A stretch of DNA of 64,000 bases from Octopus vulgaris (GCA_951406725.2 OX597834.1:25358001-25422000); one strand, 5' to 3'; shown: positions 28,782 to 43,808, numbered from the stretch's first letter. The notes: a model not told the origin generated them from the sequence alone. Made by a program: numbers and translations.

Positions 28782-29192
28782 TCTCTCTTTCACTCTTTTA
28801 CTTGTTTCAGTCATCTGACTGCGGCCATGCTGGAGCACCGCCTTTAATCGAGCAACTCGACCCCGGGACTTATTCTTTTGTAAGCCCAGTACTTATTCTA
28901 TCGGTCTCTTTTGCCGAACCGCTAAGTAACGGGGACATAAACACACCAGCATCGGTTGTCAAGCAATGCTAGGGGGACAAACACAGACACACAAACACAC
29001 ACACGCATATATATATATACATATATACGACGGGCTTCTTTCAGTTTTCTGTCTACCAAATCCACTCACAAGGCTTTGGTCGGCCCGAGGCTATAGTAGA
29101 AGACACTTGCCCAAGGTGCCACGCAGTGGGACTGAACCCGGGACCATGTAGTTGGTAAACAAGCTACTTACCACACAGCCACTTCTGCGCCT
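28782..29192 (-). mobile_element. SINE-A full length
   Basis: Family match. Confidence 0.92.
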
Positions 29193-30726
29193 CTGGTTCT
29201 TTTTTCATTAAACCCATAAGAAAAAGAAAAAGAAAGTCATCCTGGGAGTAAAGAGATTTCACTCAATCGGGTGGAACTAATTAAGACAAGGTCAGTTTGT
29301 TCATCCCTGATATTACACAGATTTGTAGGTCACGGTTAACAGACGCATTGCTACTCCAATTTATGTCTGGTGTTTGTTTTCTAAAACTTAGATTGGAGTT
29401 GGAGGAGTTGATTCCGATGGGATTTGAACCCAGAACTGAGACACGTGGCTACTGAGTGTCGAATTTTTAGTGCAGTACACTACAATTTCTGTCGCTCTAC
29501 CGCCTCTAGTCTATTGATAGGATTAGTAATGTACTGTAGAGACTGTGACGTGTTTATATGCACACACAGTCATATACATATACACATACATACATACATA
29601 TACACATACATACATACATACATACATACATACATACATACATACATACATACATACATGCATGCATACATACATACATACATACAATACATAAGTACAT
29701 ACATACATATACGCATACATACATACATACATATACGCATACATACATACACACACACACACTAACGCGTTCACTCACTCACACACATCATTCAGGTGTG
29801 CGCACATATCTACACCCACATACAACACACACACATACGCTCACGCGCATGCGTAGATCTTCACGAACGACGGTTCGAACCACCACCACCACCACCACCA
29901 CTACCATCAAGAACGGAATCAACGTTATCAGCAGTCATTCTGCATAAAGGGTAACGAATACCATTCATGTTGGGTTTTGGGGGGGTTTTCTTTTTTTTTT
30001 TTCTTTTTCACAATTGAAAGATTACAACAGCAACAATAACAACAACGTCAACAACAGCAACAGTAAGAAAGAATAGATATGCCGAAAACGATGATGACAA
30101 TGACGATGTTGAAATATGCTGAAGACGCCATGACGATGATAACAATGATTGTAATATGGTGGCCTAGGTCATGGTGAAAGATTCTCCTGAAACGGTTAAT
30201 TGAATTTTTAGCTGTATCCATCAGTGTTTTGTGGTTAATAAGAACTGAAATGGAAGATGTTCATGCGATTATGGCCTGTGACTGTTATTGTAACATGGTA
30301 AAATATATTTGTCTACCAGGAGAAAACAGGCTTGAACGTACATTATCTTGAGAAACAGACGCACACACAGTAAACGCCATCTTCTATAATGGTGATACAC
30401 CATCGTGTTTTCAGTCGTAAGGTTCATTTGATTGTGGGTTGTGTAGAACACAGAGAAGAAATTAATTGAACGAATGTTATCTAATTGAATCAGAGTTATC
30501 TAATTCAGTGAGTCTTATCTAATTGCATCAAGCGTCCATATCTCTGCAAGTCATCGATTCTTGTACTCCTTGTACGACTCCGACGCATGTTAAACAAGAC
30601 GCTTCCTTGTTTCTCTGTCCCTAAACATGGTGGCTGCATTTAATTTTGCAGAATGCATTCTCTTCACTCTTTCATTCATGTCTACATATACATACATACA
30701 CACAAACATAAATACAATCATGTATA

Positions 30727-30805
<79 letters not shown>

Positions 30806-30819
30806 ACACAGATATATTC

Positions 30820-31013
30820 CTTTATTCTTTTATTTGTTTCAGCCATTTCACTGCGGCCATGCTGGAGCACCGCCTTTAGTCGAACAAATCAAGACCAGGA
30901 CTTATTCTATCGGTCTCTTTTGCCGAACCGCTGTGTTACGGGGACACACCAACAGCGTGAACACGCCAACATCGGTTGACAAGCGATAGTGGGGGACAAA
31001 CACAGACACACCA

Positions 31014-31020
<7 letters not shown>
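30820..31020 (-). mobile_element. SINE-A 3' half
   Basis: Family match ending in the microsatellite. Confidence 0.78.
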
Positions 31021-31060
<40 letters not shown>

Positions 31061-31693
31061 AAATACAAAATGGGACAAGAACGCAAAACATCTGGACAAC
31101 TAGGTGATACAAAAAGGGACAACAAAACATCCAGAGAGACGATACAAAAAACAAGGACGGGTCATTCGATGCTTTCTATCCTTAGTCAAGAACCGGATCA
31201 TCCTCGCAATTTCGGCTGATTAATCTTGAGATTGCTCCAATCTGGCCAGCCCCAAGGAAAAACTAAGCTAAGAGCATTAGATTTCTTGGAAGAAAGTATC
31301 GAATGTATAAGAAAACAAGGAAGGAAAAAAGACGTTGCACAAATATAAATACAAAATACAATGAAAAAAAAAATAATAATAATAATAATAATAACAGGAC
31401 ATAACAACAGGTGTCTTTCGACTAGGGACGAACTGAATTCAGCTGGCTTGTGTGGAAATGAAGCCTTACGGCAGAGATACAAAAGTTTCACAAATACAGG
31501 GAAGAATATCGATGTGACTGTGACCACAGTCAGACGCAAAAGGAGGGCTAGCAGTCTGGCCTATCGGTCACGTGAGGAGAGAAGAGAGAGATCTTCCTCC
31601 AAAACGAAGTTACTTCTTTGGGATCAGATAACTCTGCTTCTTCCTTATCTTCTCTATCAAGATTCTCGTAGAACAGCAACTGTCTACAGTTAA

Positions 31694-32095
31694 TCTTTAT
31701 ATATAAAAGTGAAGTTGTGTGAGTGTCTGTCTCCTACGATTTAGATTCCTAACTACTCCCACATTTTGCGGTGCAGTTTAACCAAAACCGGGTATCTTAT
31801 AGTCGGGATTCATATCGAGCCCTTCTGGGTATTAGCACGCGTCTACGATGAGTCTACGATTTTTAAAAAAATTTACCATCATTTTTTTCCATTTTAATGC
31901 ATTTTTTCGCTATTGCATAAGGGAAGTAACTCTCTAAAAATGTCTACGATGAGTCAACGATTTTTAAAAAAATTTACCATAATTTTTTTTCCATTTTTAA
32001 TGCATTTTTTTGCTATTTTTTTGCTATAACTCTCTAAAAATGCTTATATAGTTATTTCCCTTACAAACCCGAGCAACGCCGGGCGATACTGCTAG
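31694..32095 (+). mobile_element. Non-autonomous Helitron
   Basis: A|TC 5' end, subterminal hairpin cccgagcaacgccggg, CTAG|T 3' end, no TSD. Confidence 0.85.
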
Positions 32096-32381
32096 TTTTG
32101 TATAAACTGTAGACATCTTTTCTTGTACCTTTTGAACTTAACTCTCTTCACTTGAATCTTTTGATTTAACATATCCGACATAGAGTGCCCTTATCCACAA
32201 GGTGGTGTTTCTTATTCGTGCAATAATTATGCTCTTTCATTGAGCCTCATATTACTTCTCCTTACTCTCTCAATCTTACTTAAATCCTGCTTTTTCTTAT
32301 TCTCCTTTTCCAGAATGGTTCTTTGTTTTTCTGCACTTTTTCTCTCAAAATTCCTATCTTTTCTGTGAAGATATAAACAGT

Positions 32382-32787
32382 GGTGTAGGAGTGGCTGTGT
32401 GATAAGTAGCTTGCTTACCAACCACATGGTTCCGGGTTCAGTCCCACTGCGTGGCACCTTGGGCAAGTATCTTCTACTATAGCCTCGGGCCGACCAAAGC
32501 TTTCTGGGTGGATTTGGTAGACGGAAACTGAAAGAAGCCTGTCGTATATATGTATATATATATACGTGTGTGTATGTGTTTGTCTCTGTTTGTCCTCCCA
32601 GCATCGCTTAACAACCGATGCTGGTGTGTTTACGTCCCCGAAACTTAGCGGTTCTGCAAAAGAGACCAATAGAATAAGTACTAGACTTACAAAAGAATAA
32701 GTCCTGGGGTCGATTTGCTCGACTAAAGGCGGTGCTCCAGCATGACCACAGTCAAAATGACAAATAAAAGAATAAAAGAGTAAAAGA
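32382..32787 (+). mobile_element. SINE-A
   Basis: Full-length family match. Confidence 0.9.
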
Positions 32788-33157
32788 GTGGCATACATCA
32801 AGAAATTCGTCTTCGCGAGTTCTAATCTTAGCTTTACTCTATCATATGATTTCATTGATGGTAACCTTTTCCTTTCCTCGGGGAACTTTACTTCCAGAGA
32901 GTAGCTGGTTCTGGGCTAATTTCTTCTGGCGACTCTCCAGTTGGAGGTACACTAATATCCTCTATATACGATAGATTCCTTCCCAGCATCTCCAAGCTCT
33001 ATACATTCTCCTGTTCTACGGGTATTTCTTCTGGGCCACTTCCTTTTGCGCTTCGACTATAATCTTCTCTTGCTCCATCTTCTCAAACCACTTTCTGATC
33101 TTACTTTGTCTAATCTGATCAACCAATCTTTGTTCTCTCACATTATTTATCTCATCA

Positions 33158-33549
33158 CTAGCTGTATCGCCCGGCGTTGCTCGGGTTTGTTTCGACCCTT
33201 TAGAATTGTAATTTTTGAAAAGTAAAACTTTTGCATTATGTAGCTTGTTATTCTCTATAAGTGAACATTTTTCTGGTTGAAATACACCGAAAAATGGCGA
33301 CACAAAAGTCACAAAATCGTAAAAAGTAGGGATTTTCATAGAAAAAAAGCACCTTTTTGGTGTAAATAATTATTGGTCTTAACATGGCCCGATTTGAATT
33401 TTATCTTCTACGGAATGAAGAGCAAGCCTTCTTCTTTCATACTCTCAATTTTGGTCAACTTGCGCCGCAGGGTCTCGGAGGAGATAATGTTAGTTGAAGG
33501 CTACCAAACCTGTTATACACAGACAACTTCAGCTTTATATAGAGAGAGA
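33158..33549 (-). mobile_element. Non-autonomous Helitron
   Basis: Minus strand A|TC start, the same acaaacccgagcaacgccgggcgatac..CTAG|T end. Confidence 0.85.
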
Positions 33550-33984
33550 TATGGATATTTTTTTTCCTGAGTTCTAGTAACCTTTTCCAACAGCCTCTTT
33601 TTTTCTGGCTCATTCCTACTATAACATTCAAACAAGAATTTATTGTTCTTTTTGCCCATTTTAATCTCCTTCGCTATTGAGGTTCAGCAGTACAGATTGC
33701 CATCCAAAATTTCTGAGAGACTTGTCTGGCCTCATTGAAGCTGGTTATCCTGCGCTGGTCGCTATCTCCAGTATATTCTCGCCATACGTAAAGACTTATA
33801 TTGTTAGATGACCGTTGACTCTATTTGGATGAACGATGATTCTTTAACATGCTTTGCTTTTCGTCTTACATGATGTCCAAGTACTTCGTTGAGTCGCCGG
33901 CAGCCCGACCATGAAACAGGTTGTATCGGATTACCAAAAGCACTAAAATGACATGGCATATTATTATTATTGTTATTATTATTA

Positions 33985-34490
33985 TTGAGTGAGAGAGCTG
34001 TGCATGCCATCAAAGTGACACTGGGGTAAAATATACGAAGCCCAATATACCCATCATGACTACCCGTCTGATAAAGGTACACCAGGCACATGCATCACAA
34101 CCATATGTGCGCGACATGGTGATCTCATATCAAGATAAACAGCACATGACCTTGCAGGTGGGGCCCAGTTAGAATTTTCTTCAGGTTGAGTAGCCCATCC
34201 CGCTCAAAAGGTCCCTGAATAAGGGTTGTTTAAGGATGTTGAAAGAACCACCCATGTTTCCAGAGGTGAATTATTCAAACCCCAAAGACTCCCTCTCAAC
34301 ACATGGCTATGATGCTCCCCCACTACTTCTGCTCGTGATCAGAGATGCACATATCGTCAGCCACTAAGGGACATGCTCAACTGGTTAAGGTCAAACAACT
34401 GACAAGCAAATCTGTGGTATTGAGCAGAATATTTGCTGTAGCCCATCTCAGAAGCCATGAGAGCCACTGCCTGGTACTGCATCAGGGCAT
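33985..34490. repeat. Unclassified ~500 bp interspersed element inside (TAT)n
   Basis: Balanced-GC non-coding block with sharp (TAT)n boundaries on both sides. Confidence 0.5.
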
Positions 34491-34504
34491 TATTATTATT
34501 ATTA

Positions 34505-34610
<106 letters not shown>

Positions 34611-35261
34611 GTAGACATGCTTTCTTCACTGCCAATAAATTAATAAAATTCATTTGTAGAATCTTGTCTTTTTCATCGCCAGGTCGCTGCAGCAAGTGAT
34701 GCAACAAAGCGTACCACAAAATATTCAGCAGCAATTTAATATATACAGCAGCAGTATTGCATTAGAAATAGTGTTGTAAAGTGCAATAGTAATGCAGAAC
34801 ATAGCAGCAATGTGTGAGTGCTTTAGGTGTGAAACAGGTAATGCAGTGAAAACAGCTACGATGCATCTGTGGTGCACCAGCAGAGTGACAGAACTCTAAC
34901 AGCAGCGGCAAGGTAATATGCAGAATGTCCCAAAAGTCATTAAGGAGGAGGATGATATGTAATAACATTATTGTACGTTAATTATTTAGGATAAATTTAA
35001 TTAGGGTTAATTAAAATTTGAAAAAACACCTGGCTGACTCTGGGGAAGTGCTGGGACCATGTTTTGTATGTTCTTTGTTTAATTTACACTAACCGTTGCG
35101 GAAGACACCATCAAAGGATAAGGTTCTACTGTATGTATGAATACAAACACACATACACACAACATTCATATATATATATATATATATATACACATGCATG
35201 TATATATTTATATATATAGACATAAATGTATATATGAATTTATATATATATGAGTATATGG

Positions 35262-35306
<45 letters not shown>

Positions 35307-35414
35307 TATACACATATATACACATATATATACATATATATATACATATATACATATATATATATACATATATACATATATATATACATATATACATATA
35401 TATATACATATATA

Positions 35415-35488
<74 letters not shown>

Positions 35489-36088
35489 TATATACATATA
35501 CATATATAAATTCATGCATATATAAGATAAGTAAAGCAACTAAAACTATGGGAAAATAATCATATAAAACAAAAAAAGAAAAGCATATACACATAAACAC
35601 ATAAAACATATATCTATCTATCGAAAGAGTGCCTAATACGAGTGATTAATACGGGCAGGTAGTATTTTTCTGTATAATATATCTATGGTTTATGTTTAAA
35701 CAGCGAGTATTATAGTAGGATATGAGCTGGATTGGGAATCTTTAGGCTGACGAAAGACAAATGAAGAATTCATAAACATTGACAAAAAAGGACCGGAATG
35801 GACAAGTGCTAATTGCTTACATGGCCGTTGGATATCTAGGTGTTGTGCGTACCTGTAGTTATTCAGTGCTAAAACGTATACTAGTAAGATATAGAATATT
35901 AAATATTAAATATTCAATATTAAATATTCAAGGAGTGGCAATGTGCTAGAGTGTTAATGATGGGTTTTTTTCTTTTTTTTTTTCCAAAAATGGGTGTGAA
36001 CTGAAAGTGTCGACATGGATATGTATATGTTGGAGGAGTCTAACGGTGTTATTTGCGTATAGTTAAAAGGGGTAACCAGTGCATTTTA

Positions 36089-36129
<41 letters not shown>

Positions 36130-36527
36130 GGCGCAGGAGTGGCTGTGTGGTAAGTAGCTTGCTTAGCAACCACATGGTTCCGGGTTCAGTCCCACTGCGT
36201 GGCACCTTGGGCAAGTGTCTTCTACTATAGCCTCGGGCCGACCAAAGCCTTGTGAGTGGATTTGGTAGACGGAAACTGAAAGAAGCCCATCGTACATATG
36301 TATTTATGTATATTCGTGTGTGTGTTTGTGTGTCTGTGTTTGTCCCCCTAGCATTGCTTGACAACCGATGCTGGTGTGTTTATGTCCCCGTTACTTAGCG
36401 GTTCGGTAAAAGAGACCGATAGAATAAGTACTGGGCTTAGAAAAGAATAAGTCCCGGGGTCGAGTTGCTCAATTAAAGGCGGTGCTCCAGCATGGCCGCA
36501 GTCAAATGACTGAAACAAGTAAAAGAG
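36130..36527 (+). mobile_element. SINE-A
   Basis: Full-length family match. Confidence 0.92.
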
Positions 36528-36709
36528 TATATAATAGTATAATAATGGTCTACTTTGGTCGTAGGGAGGAGGTTGTATCAGTTCTAGATACAATTGGGGA
36601 TCTTTGTGTTTAGATACAGGTACCAAGTAGGGGGTGTCAGCATCTATGGGTTTCGATGTATCAGGTAGTTTAGCTATAATATATTATCCGATGGTTCATA
36701 AGGGTTTAT

Positions 36710-37104
36710 GTGGAGGCGCAATGGCCCAGTGGTTAGGGCAGCGGACTCGCGTTCATAGGATCGCGGTTTCGATTCCCAGACCGGGCGTTGTGAGTGTTTA
36801 TTGAGCGAAAACACCTAAAGCTCCACGAGGCTCCGGCAGGGGGTGGTGGTGATCCCTGCTGTACTCTTTCACCACAACTTTATCTCATTCTTACTTCCTG
36901 TTTCTGTTGTACCTGTATTTCAAGGGGCCGGCCTTGTCACTCTCTGTGTCACGCTGAATCTTTCCGAGAACTATGTTAAGGGTACACGTGTCTGTTGAGT
37001 GCTCAGCCACTTACACGTTAATTTCACGAGCAGGCTGTTCCGTTGATTCGGATCAACCGGAACCCTCATCGTCGTAACCGACGGAGTGCTTCCATATATA
37101 TATC
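36710..37104 (+). mobile_element. SINE-C with 13-bp TSD
   Basis: cataagggtttat at 36697 and 37105. Confidence 0.92.
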
Positions 37105-37834
37105 CATAAGGGTTTATATTTATATTTATAGTTGGGGGTTATATCTGCTATAGTGGGGGTAGTGTGCTAGATTATTAGTGCTTGGGTGCATTTAAATTAC
37201 TTAGTACTGGTAAGTACGAAAAACTAGTCACACGTGTGTTTTCTGCAAGGTTCTTAAGTGAAGGGTTCTTAGATTAAGTGTATAACTTAGGTTTATGTAG
37301 GTTATTGCTAATAGGAGTATGGAGTAACATACCAGTGGTAGACTAGGGTAATGGTGTCTCCATATCTATACCTCTCTATACTCACGCTGAAACATACATA
37401 CATACATACATACACCTACAAACCTACAGAAATACCCGTACCCCGATTCGGATATATATTCACACCTATATACGCATGTGTATACATAACTATACACATG
37501 GATATCCATACAGGCTTACACACACACACCTATATCTCTACACATGTGCACATACATATAGTTACACATCCACGTATATATGTATGTAAGTATGTATATA
37601 TATGTGTGTATATATATATATACAAATACATATTTATATAGATACATACACACACATATATATATATACACATACACACATACATATATGCACATATACA
37701 TACACACCTACACACACAAACTTACTAGCACAGGTACCTGTATAGGGAGAATTCACACAAAAAACAAAAGACGAAGACAGGTGGTGTAGAAAACAAACAG
37801 ATGTATTAGTATAACGCTCAGGAATTGAAGAAGT

Positions 37835-37870
37835 CTTTTATGTTTCGAGCCTACGCTCTTCTCCAGAAAG
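37835..37870 (-). ncRNA. Hammerhead-like motif in a putative PLE terminus (37750-37935)
   Basis: CTTT-CTGGAGA-a-GAGC.GTAG.GCTC-GAAA-CA-TA-AAAG. Core A6>G. Confidence 0.45.
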
Positions 37871-38204
37871 GGACACAGAAAAAAACAAAGGGAGAAAAAA
37901 ATGTGTGTAGTGGCTACCGATCTATCATGGCGACTATATATATATATATATATATAAATATATATATAGTCGCAAATGAAAGAAAAAGAAAAGGAAAGGA
38001 AAGAGTAGAAATGATGATAGCAATGTTTCACAGCGAAAGGTAAGGTGGAGGGGAAGGAAAAAGGAGTAAAAAGAATTGAGAGCAAGAGGCAAGGGAAGAG
38101 GAAGAGAGGGAGAAAGTAATTAATGTAGGCTATATAAGGAGGAGCAAACATACACGCACATCCAGCGATCCAATTCTTATATGGCAACTTCAAAGAAACA
38201 CGTT

Positions 38205-38655
<451 letters not shown>

Positions 38656-38890
38656 AATGCGAAGGAGGAAAACGTGGAGAGAGAGAGAAAGGAGGAGAGG
38701 AGAGGAGGGCTGTGGGTGAAGCGCATTTAATCTTTGACAGAAAACACGAGTTTAAAACCCGAAACAGGAAACTCTCTGCACAGAATACGACAATCGTCAT
38801 TAAGTTTACTGGACAATAACAGAGAGATTGGAAGCAGATTGCGACGGAGAGCAGCACACCACACACACATGTGAATGTATGTATACATAC

Positions 38891-38922
<32 letters not shown>

Positions 38923-38996
38923 CTGTGTCTGTGGTCTACGTATATATACATACACACACATATATATATATATGGAGCAGTCAATATATATACGGA

Positions 38997-39038
<42 letters not shown>

Positions 39039-39067
39039 GTGTCTCTGTGGTCTACGTATATATACAT

Positions 39068-39099
<32 letters not shown>

Positions 39100-39164
39100 G
39101 GAGCAGTCAATATATTTACGGAGCGTGCGTGTGTGTGTGTGTGTGCATTATATACAATACACAA

Positions 39165-39204
<40 letters not shown>

Positions 39205-39206
<2 letters not shown>

Positions 39207-39300
39207 CTTTCCTGAGCGTCCAATAATACTTTATTTGTTCCACATCCTTGCGTTGTTGTTTTTTTTTTTTTTGTTTTCTTGTTTTCTTGTTTGGATTAAC
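39205..39300 (+). mobile_element. Short putative PLE 3' terminus in (AT)n
   Basis: Reverse complement of 3327-3415. Confidence 0.55.
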
Positions 39301-39302
39301 TT

Positions 39303-39368
<66 letters not shown>

Positions 39369-39576
39369 CGCTTGTGTAGGTGTGAATCTGTGCGTGTGCG
39401 TATTATAGGTATCTGGAAGAAGTGTATACATATGTATGTATGCGAATCTGCGCATGACAGTATGTAGAGTACTTTTAAGGACATGAGAATAACTGCTTCT
39501 CTGCATATGAAAGATGCATACACATGCGAGTGGATTTATATGTTTGTGTGTATAAATATACATATACAGAGTACAT

Positions 39577-39654
<78 letters not shown>

Positions 39655-40424
39655 TGGGGGAATATGTGTGCATGCGCGTGTGAGTTCGTTCTTCTGGTCT
39701 TTTATATGTCTCGCTAATGGATAAAAAAAAAACTGGTTTGCTGCCCAGAATCAAGGTTCTTTCATTTAGATAACATCATGTATGCATGTATGTGTAGAAC
39801 GATGGCTGGATTGATGGATCTGCGCCATTTAAAGATTTTTTGAATGGGCGATTGATAGATTTGTGTTTTGCTTTCCCTTTATGTTGAGGCGGCCAACATA
39901 ACTGTTGTGGAAATTTCTGTTGATGTTCAAATTTTGAGATTCTGCCCTTAGTGCTTTAGGTCTCATCTCGCCTTCAGTCGAGTAGTCCAGATGTGGTGTG
40001 ATTACTGCTACAGAAAACACATCGTACACCAGTGGTTTATTACCTGCAGCCGATTGTTATATTTCTAGTTATAAGTTCTTTGTTACAAGTTCTAACATTG
40101 AATATATTTTCAGCCATTCTTTGGCACCTGTGACGTATTTATGCATCCCAGGGAAATAGCCAGGTTGGTGTTGTCGAGCTATTGGTTATATCTGGTGTAG
40201 CTAAAAACTTCCTCTCGTTGCTATTTTGAATATCATGGAATTTCTTAAGACGTGACGAATCCCAAGTAAGCCCTACTTTGCAGCCTGGTTGGATTTCAAG
40301 TGAAGAACCCGCGCGACCAGAAATGGATAATTTGACGCCGAGACACTACTGTGAGGAAAGCTTATTGATAACACAATTCAAAAGATTGTCTCTCAAGAAG
40401 AAGCAAAAGATTTGGAAGCGGTTT

Positions 40425-40899
40425 CTAGTCTGTCTTGTAGATCGTTGCAATACCGACACCAAGTACCTGAGACATTTCTCTAACACTTTGACGTGGGATT
40501 TGTTCAACAATTGCTTTCAATTGTTCATTGTCAAGACTGCATGAGTGTCCTTCTACCTTCTTCATCTTCAAGACGCTCATCACCACTACGGAATTTCTGA
40601 AATCACCTTCGTACTGTACAATCATTTGTGGACCCCTCTCCTCATGCTCTGCTGATATTTGCAGCAGTTTGGGAGATATTGTGCCCAAGCTTGAACTCAT
40701 GCAAGAAAAGTAAGCGAAGGTCCTTTTTTAAGGGCGCATATGCTTCAAGAATGTTTACTGTCTGAAATAAGTAGAAAATTATTAAAGAGCATACATCAAT
40801 TATTAAGTATGTCGAAATTCACATAAAATATAATTAAAATACTGATAAAATTGCGTTTCAAAACAACTCAGAGCGGCCATTATTTTCGGAACAACCTAA
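40425..40899 (-). mobile_element. mariner 5' fragment
   Basis: TIR-like TTAGGTTGTTCCGAAAATAATGG and HTH peptide EDEEGRGHSCSLDNEQLKAIVEQIPRQSVREMSQVLGV. Confidence 0.8.
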
Positions 40900-41269
40900 A
40901 AGAAGTATAACCAATTTATTGTCGATAAACTTCATCCACGTGATATCATATGGATCCACACGGGGCCATATGAAACCCCACTGAAAACCACTGCTCTATA
41001 TTGTTGGTTACACGGGGAGAATATTTTATTCATATTCGTTCAAACCGCAAAATATCCTGGTTGAACACTTTTTTCTCGTTCCATATTTTTTCTCTAAAAC
41101 CAAACCGTATCTTCCTGGCAAGGAAAGCTTGTGACTTTTAATGACTACGCCCTCATATCTCTCTGGAAACTGCTGGTTAATTTCCACTGAGTTATTTGAT
41201 TTTTTTTTTTCTTTCCGCTCCTCCTTTTCCCATCACACTTTCTCATTAACTGCTTTTAATTCTTGCTTG

Positions 41270-41510
41270 ACACAGATCAAGGTGTTCAACGCTGAGAAAT
41301 TATAATCAAGGCTGATAAATTATAATTAAGGTTGATCATTTATAATCAAGGCTGATCAATTTAGAATGATGACTGATCGATTCATAATCAAGGAGATCAA
41401 TTTATAATCAAGGTTGATCAGTTTATAATCAAAGTAATCAATTTAATAATCAAGGTGATCAATTGATAATCAAGGTGTTCATTTTATAATTAAGGTGATC
41501 AATTTAGTAT
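41270..41510. repeat. ~20-21 bp minisatellite (gatcaatttataatcaaggNt)
   Basis: About 11 degenerate copies. Confidence 0.8.
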
Positions 41511-41792
41511 TTCAAAACTTTGCTTCTATTTTATTTGTTCAATTTTTGTTGGTGAGAAGTTTAATAATGAAATTTTTGGCATGTGATGAGTGCCACCACA
41601 CAACTCATATTTTCATGTAAATCAAAGATATTTTAATCCTTTTCCCAAAATTCAAAATGATGGTTTCGCTTTCGTTTTGTATTTTGTTTTTGATTTTTAA
41701 CATCAAAATAACTGCTTAACATTCGTGAAAAGAGAATATACACGTGTGTCTGTCTGTCTGCCTGCCTGCCTGTCTGTCTGTCTTTCTGTATG

Positions 41793-41826
<34 letters not shown>

Positions 41827-41981
41827 TGTATGTATGTATGTATGTTGGTACGTAGGTAGGTAGGTAGGTAGGTAGGTAGGTAGGTAGGTAGGTAGGTAGG
41901 AAGGTATGTGTCTATGCGTGAGTGTATGTAGGAATGTACACGTATATGCGTGTGTGTAAGCTCATACGCAAATATGTACGA

Positions 41982-42016
<35 letters not shown>

Positions 42017-42404
42017 CGTATGTACGCACGTATTTATGTGTACGTATGTGTGTATATGTGAATATATGAGTGTATTTATCTTTTTTATGTACATAACTAT
42101 GTATGTTAGTGTGCGCGCGTTTGTAAGAATATATATTCATGCGTATATACATTTATATGTTTGTATATATGCCAATACGTATACGTACTACCATACGGTG
42201 TGTGAATGTTTTACTACCAAAGTATATTTGCGTATGTATGTCTGTAAGTATGTATCATGTGTCTTTGTGTGTATGTCTGTCTCAAAGTATACAGGCATAC
42301 ATACATAGATAGATAAATACATATATACATATCAATATATATTTATATATACATACACACACATATACTTACATACATATATATATATACATATACGTGT
42401 GTGC

Positions 42405-42448
<44 letters not shown>

Positions 42449-42563
42449 GCGTGTGTGTGTGTGTATGCATGTATGTATGTATATATGTGTGTATATATGT
42501 ATATATATATATATGTATTTACGTTATTTTTGTATTCATGCATTTATATGTGTGCTTGTATGC

Positions 42564-42610
<47 letters not shown>

Positions 42611-42725
42611 TGTGTATGTGTATACATATTCATACACACACACACACATATATACACATGCACACACACACGCACACACACATACACACATATATACACA
42701 TGAACACACACACACACACACATAT

Positions 42726-42792
<67 letters not shown>

Positions 42793-42814
42793 CATGTGTG
42801 CATGTGTGTGTATG

Positions 42815-42863
<49 letters not shown>

Positions 42864-43127
42864 GTGCTAGTAAACCTAAGACCTTGCCTGTCACACAGCC
42901 CATAGTCGAAGGCCAATCACGTTGCTATCCCATAATTCTTGACTGGCCACCATCAATCTCTTCTCAATCAGACACACTCACTCGGTCTCTTTTTTTCACA
43001 GATCGCTATCTCTTCGAGACACAACAACAACTTCTGTAAGGTGTGGTGAGAGAGAGAGAGAAGAGAGAGGTGAAGTATTGTGGTTGGGGCGAAACTAACT
43101 GAGCTTAGGATGTCTACTCTGTGTGCG

Positions 43128-43179
<52 letters not shown>

Positions 43180-43258
43180 GAGAGAGAGGGGGAGACAGAG
43201 AGAGAGAGAGAAAAATACATACGTATGAACATATATACATATACATAAATTATGTGTG

Positions 43259-43372
<114 letters not shown>

Positions 43373-43653
43373 CATATACATAAAATTATGTGTGTATGTG
43401 TATATATATATATATATATATAATGCTCCACATTTCACTCCTGTGTTATTGTATTGAATCTATCATTTCCTGGCAGAGAAATCGATGACAAGGAATAATA
43501 ATAAAAAAAATACACAAATATATGAATAAATTGGTGAACCGCAATCGTTGGCAGAATTCGAACTTGGAATTGGCTATTTTATAATCAAATTGGCTCATGG
43601 ACTGAATGAATGAATGAATAAATAAATAAATAAATAAATAAGGAATTTTTTTA

Positions 43654-43808
43654 CCTATTTCTTTACTACCCATAAGGGGCTAAACGCAGAGGGGACAAAC
43701 AAGGACAGACAAACGGAGTAAGTCGATTATATCGACCCCAGTGCGTTACTGGTACTTATTTAATCGACCCCGAAAGGATGAAAGGCAAAGTCGACCTCGG
43801 CGGAATTT
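43654..43808 (-). mobile_element. SINE-B 3' part
   Basis: Family match, cut by (AT)n. Confidence 0.85.

Larger units (their letters stand above)
31590..33960 (-). mobile_element. 5' part of a degraded R4/Dong-type retrotransposon, interrupted by two Helitrons and a SINE
   Basis: Joined minus-strand pieces give LFECYSRNEP, EQRLVDQIRQ..RKW, KERLPSMK, QDLSKIE, QKIQVK..KRYKKR, FYENLD..DPKRVTSFWRKI. The element starts next to (ATA)n. Confidence 0.7.
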
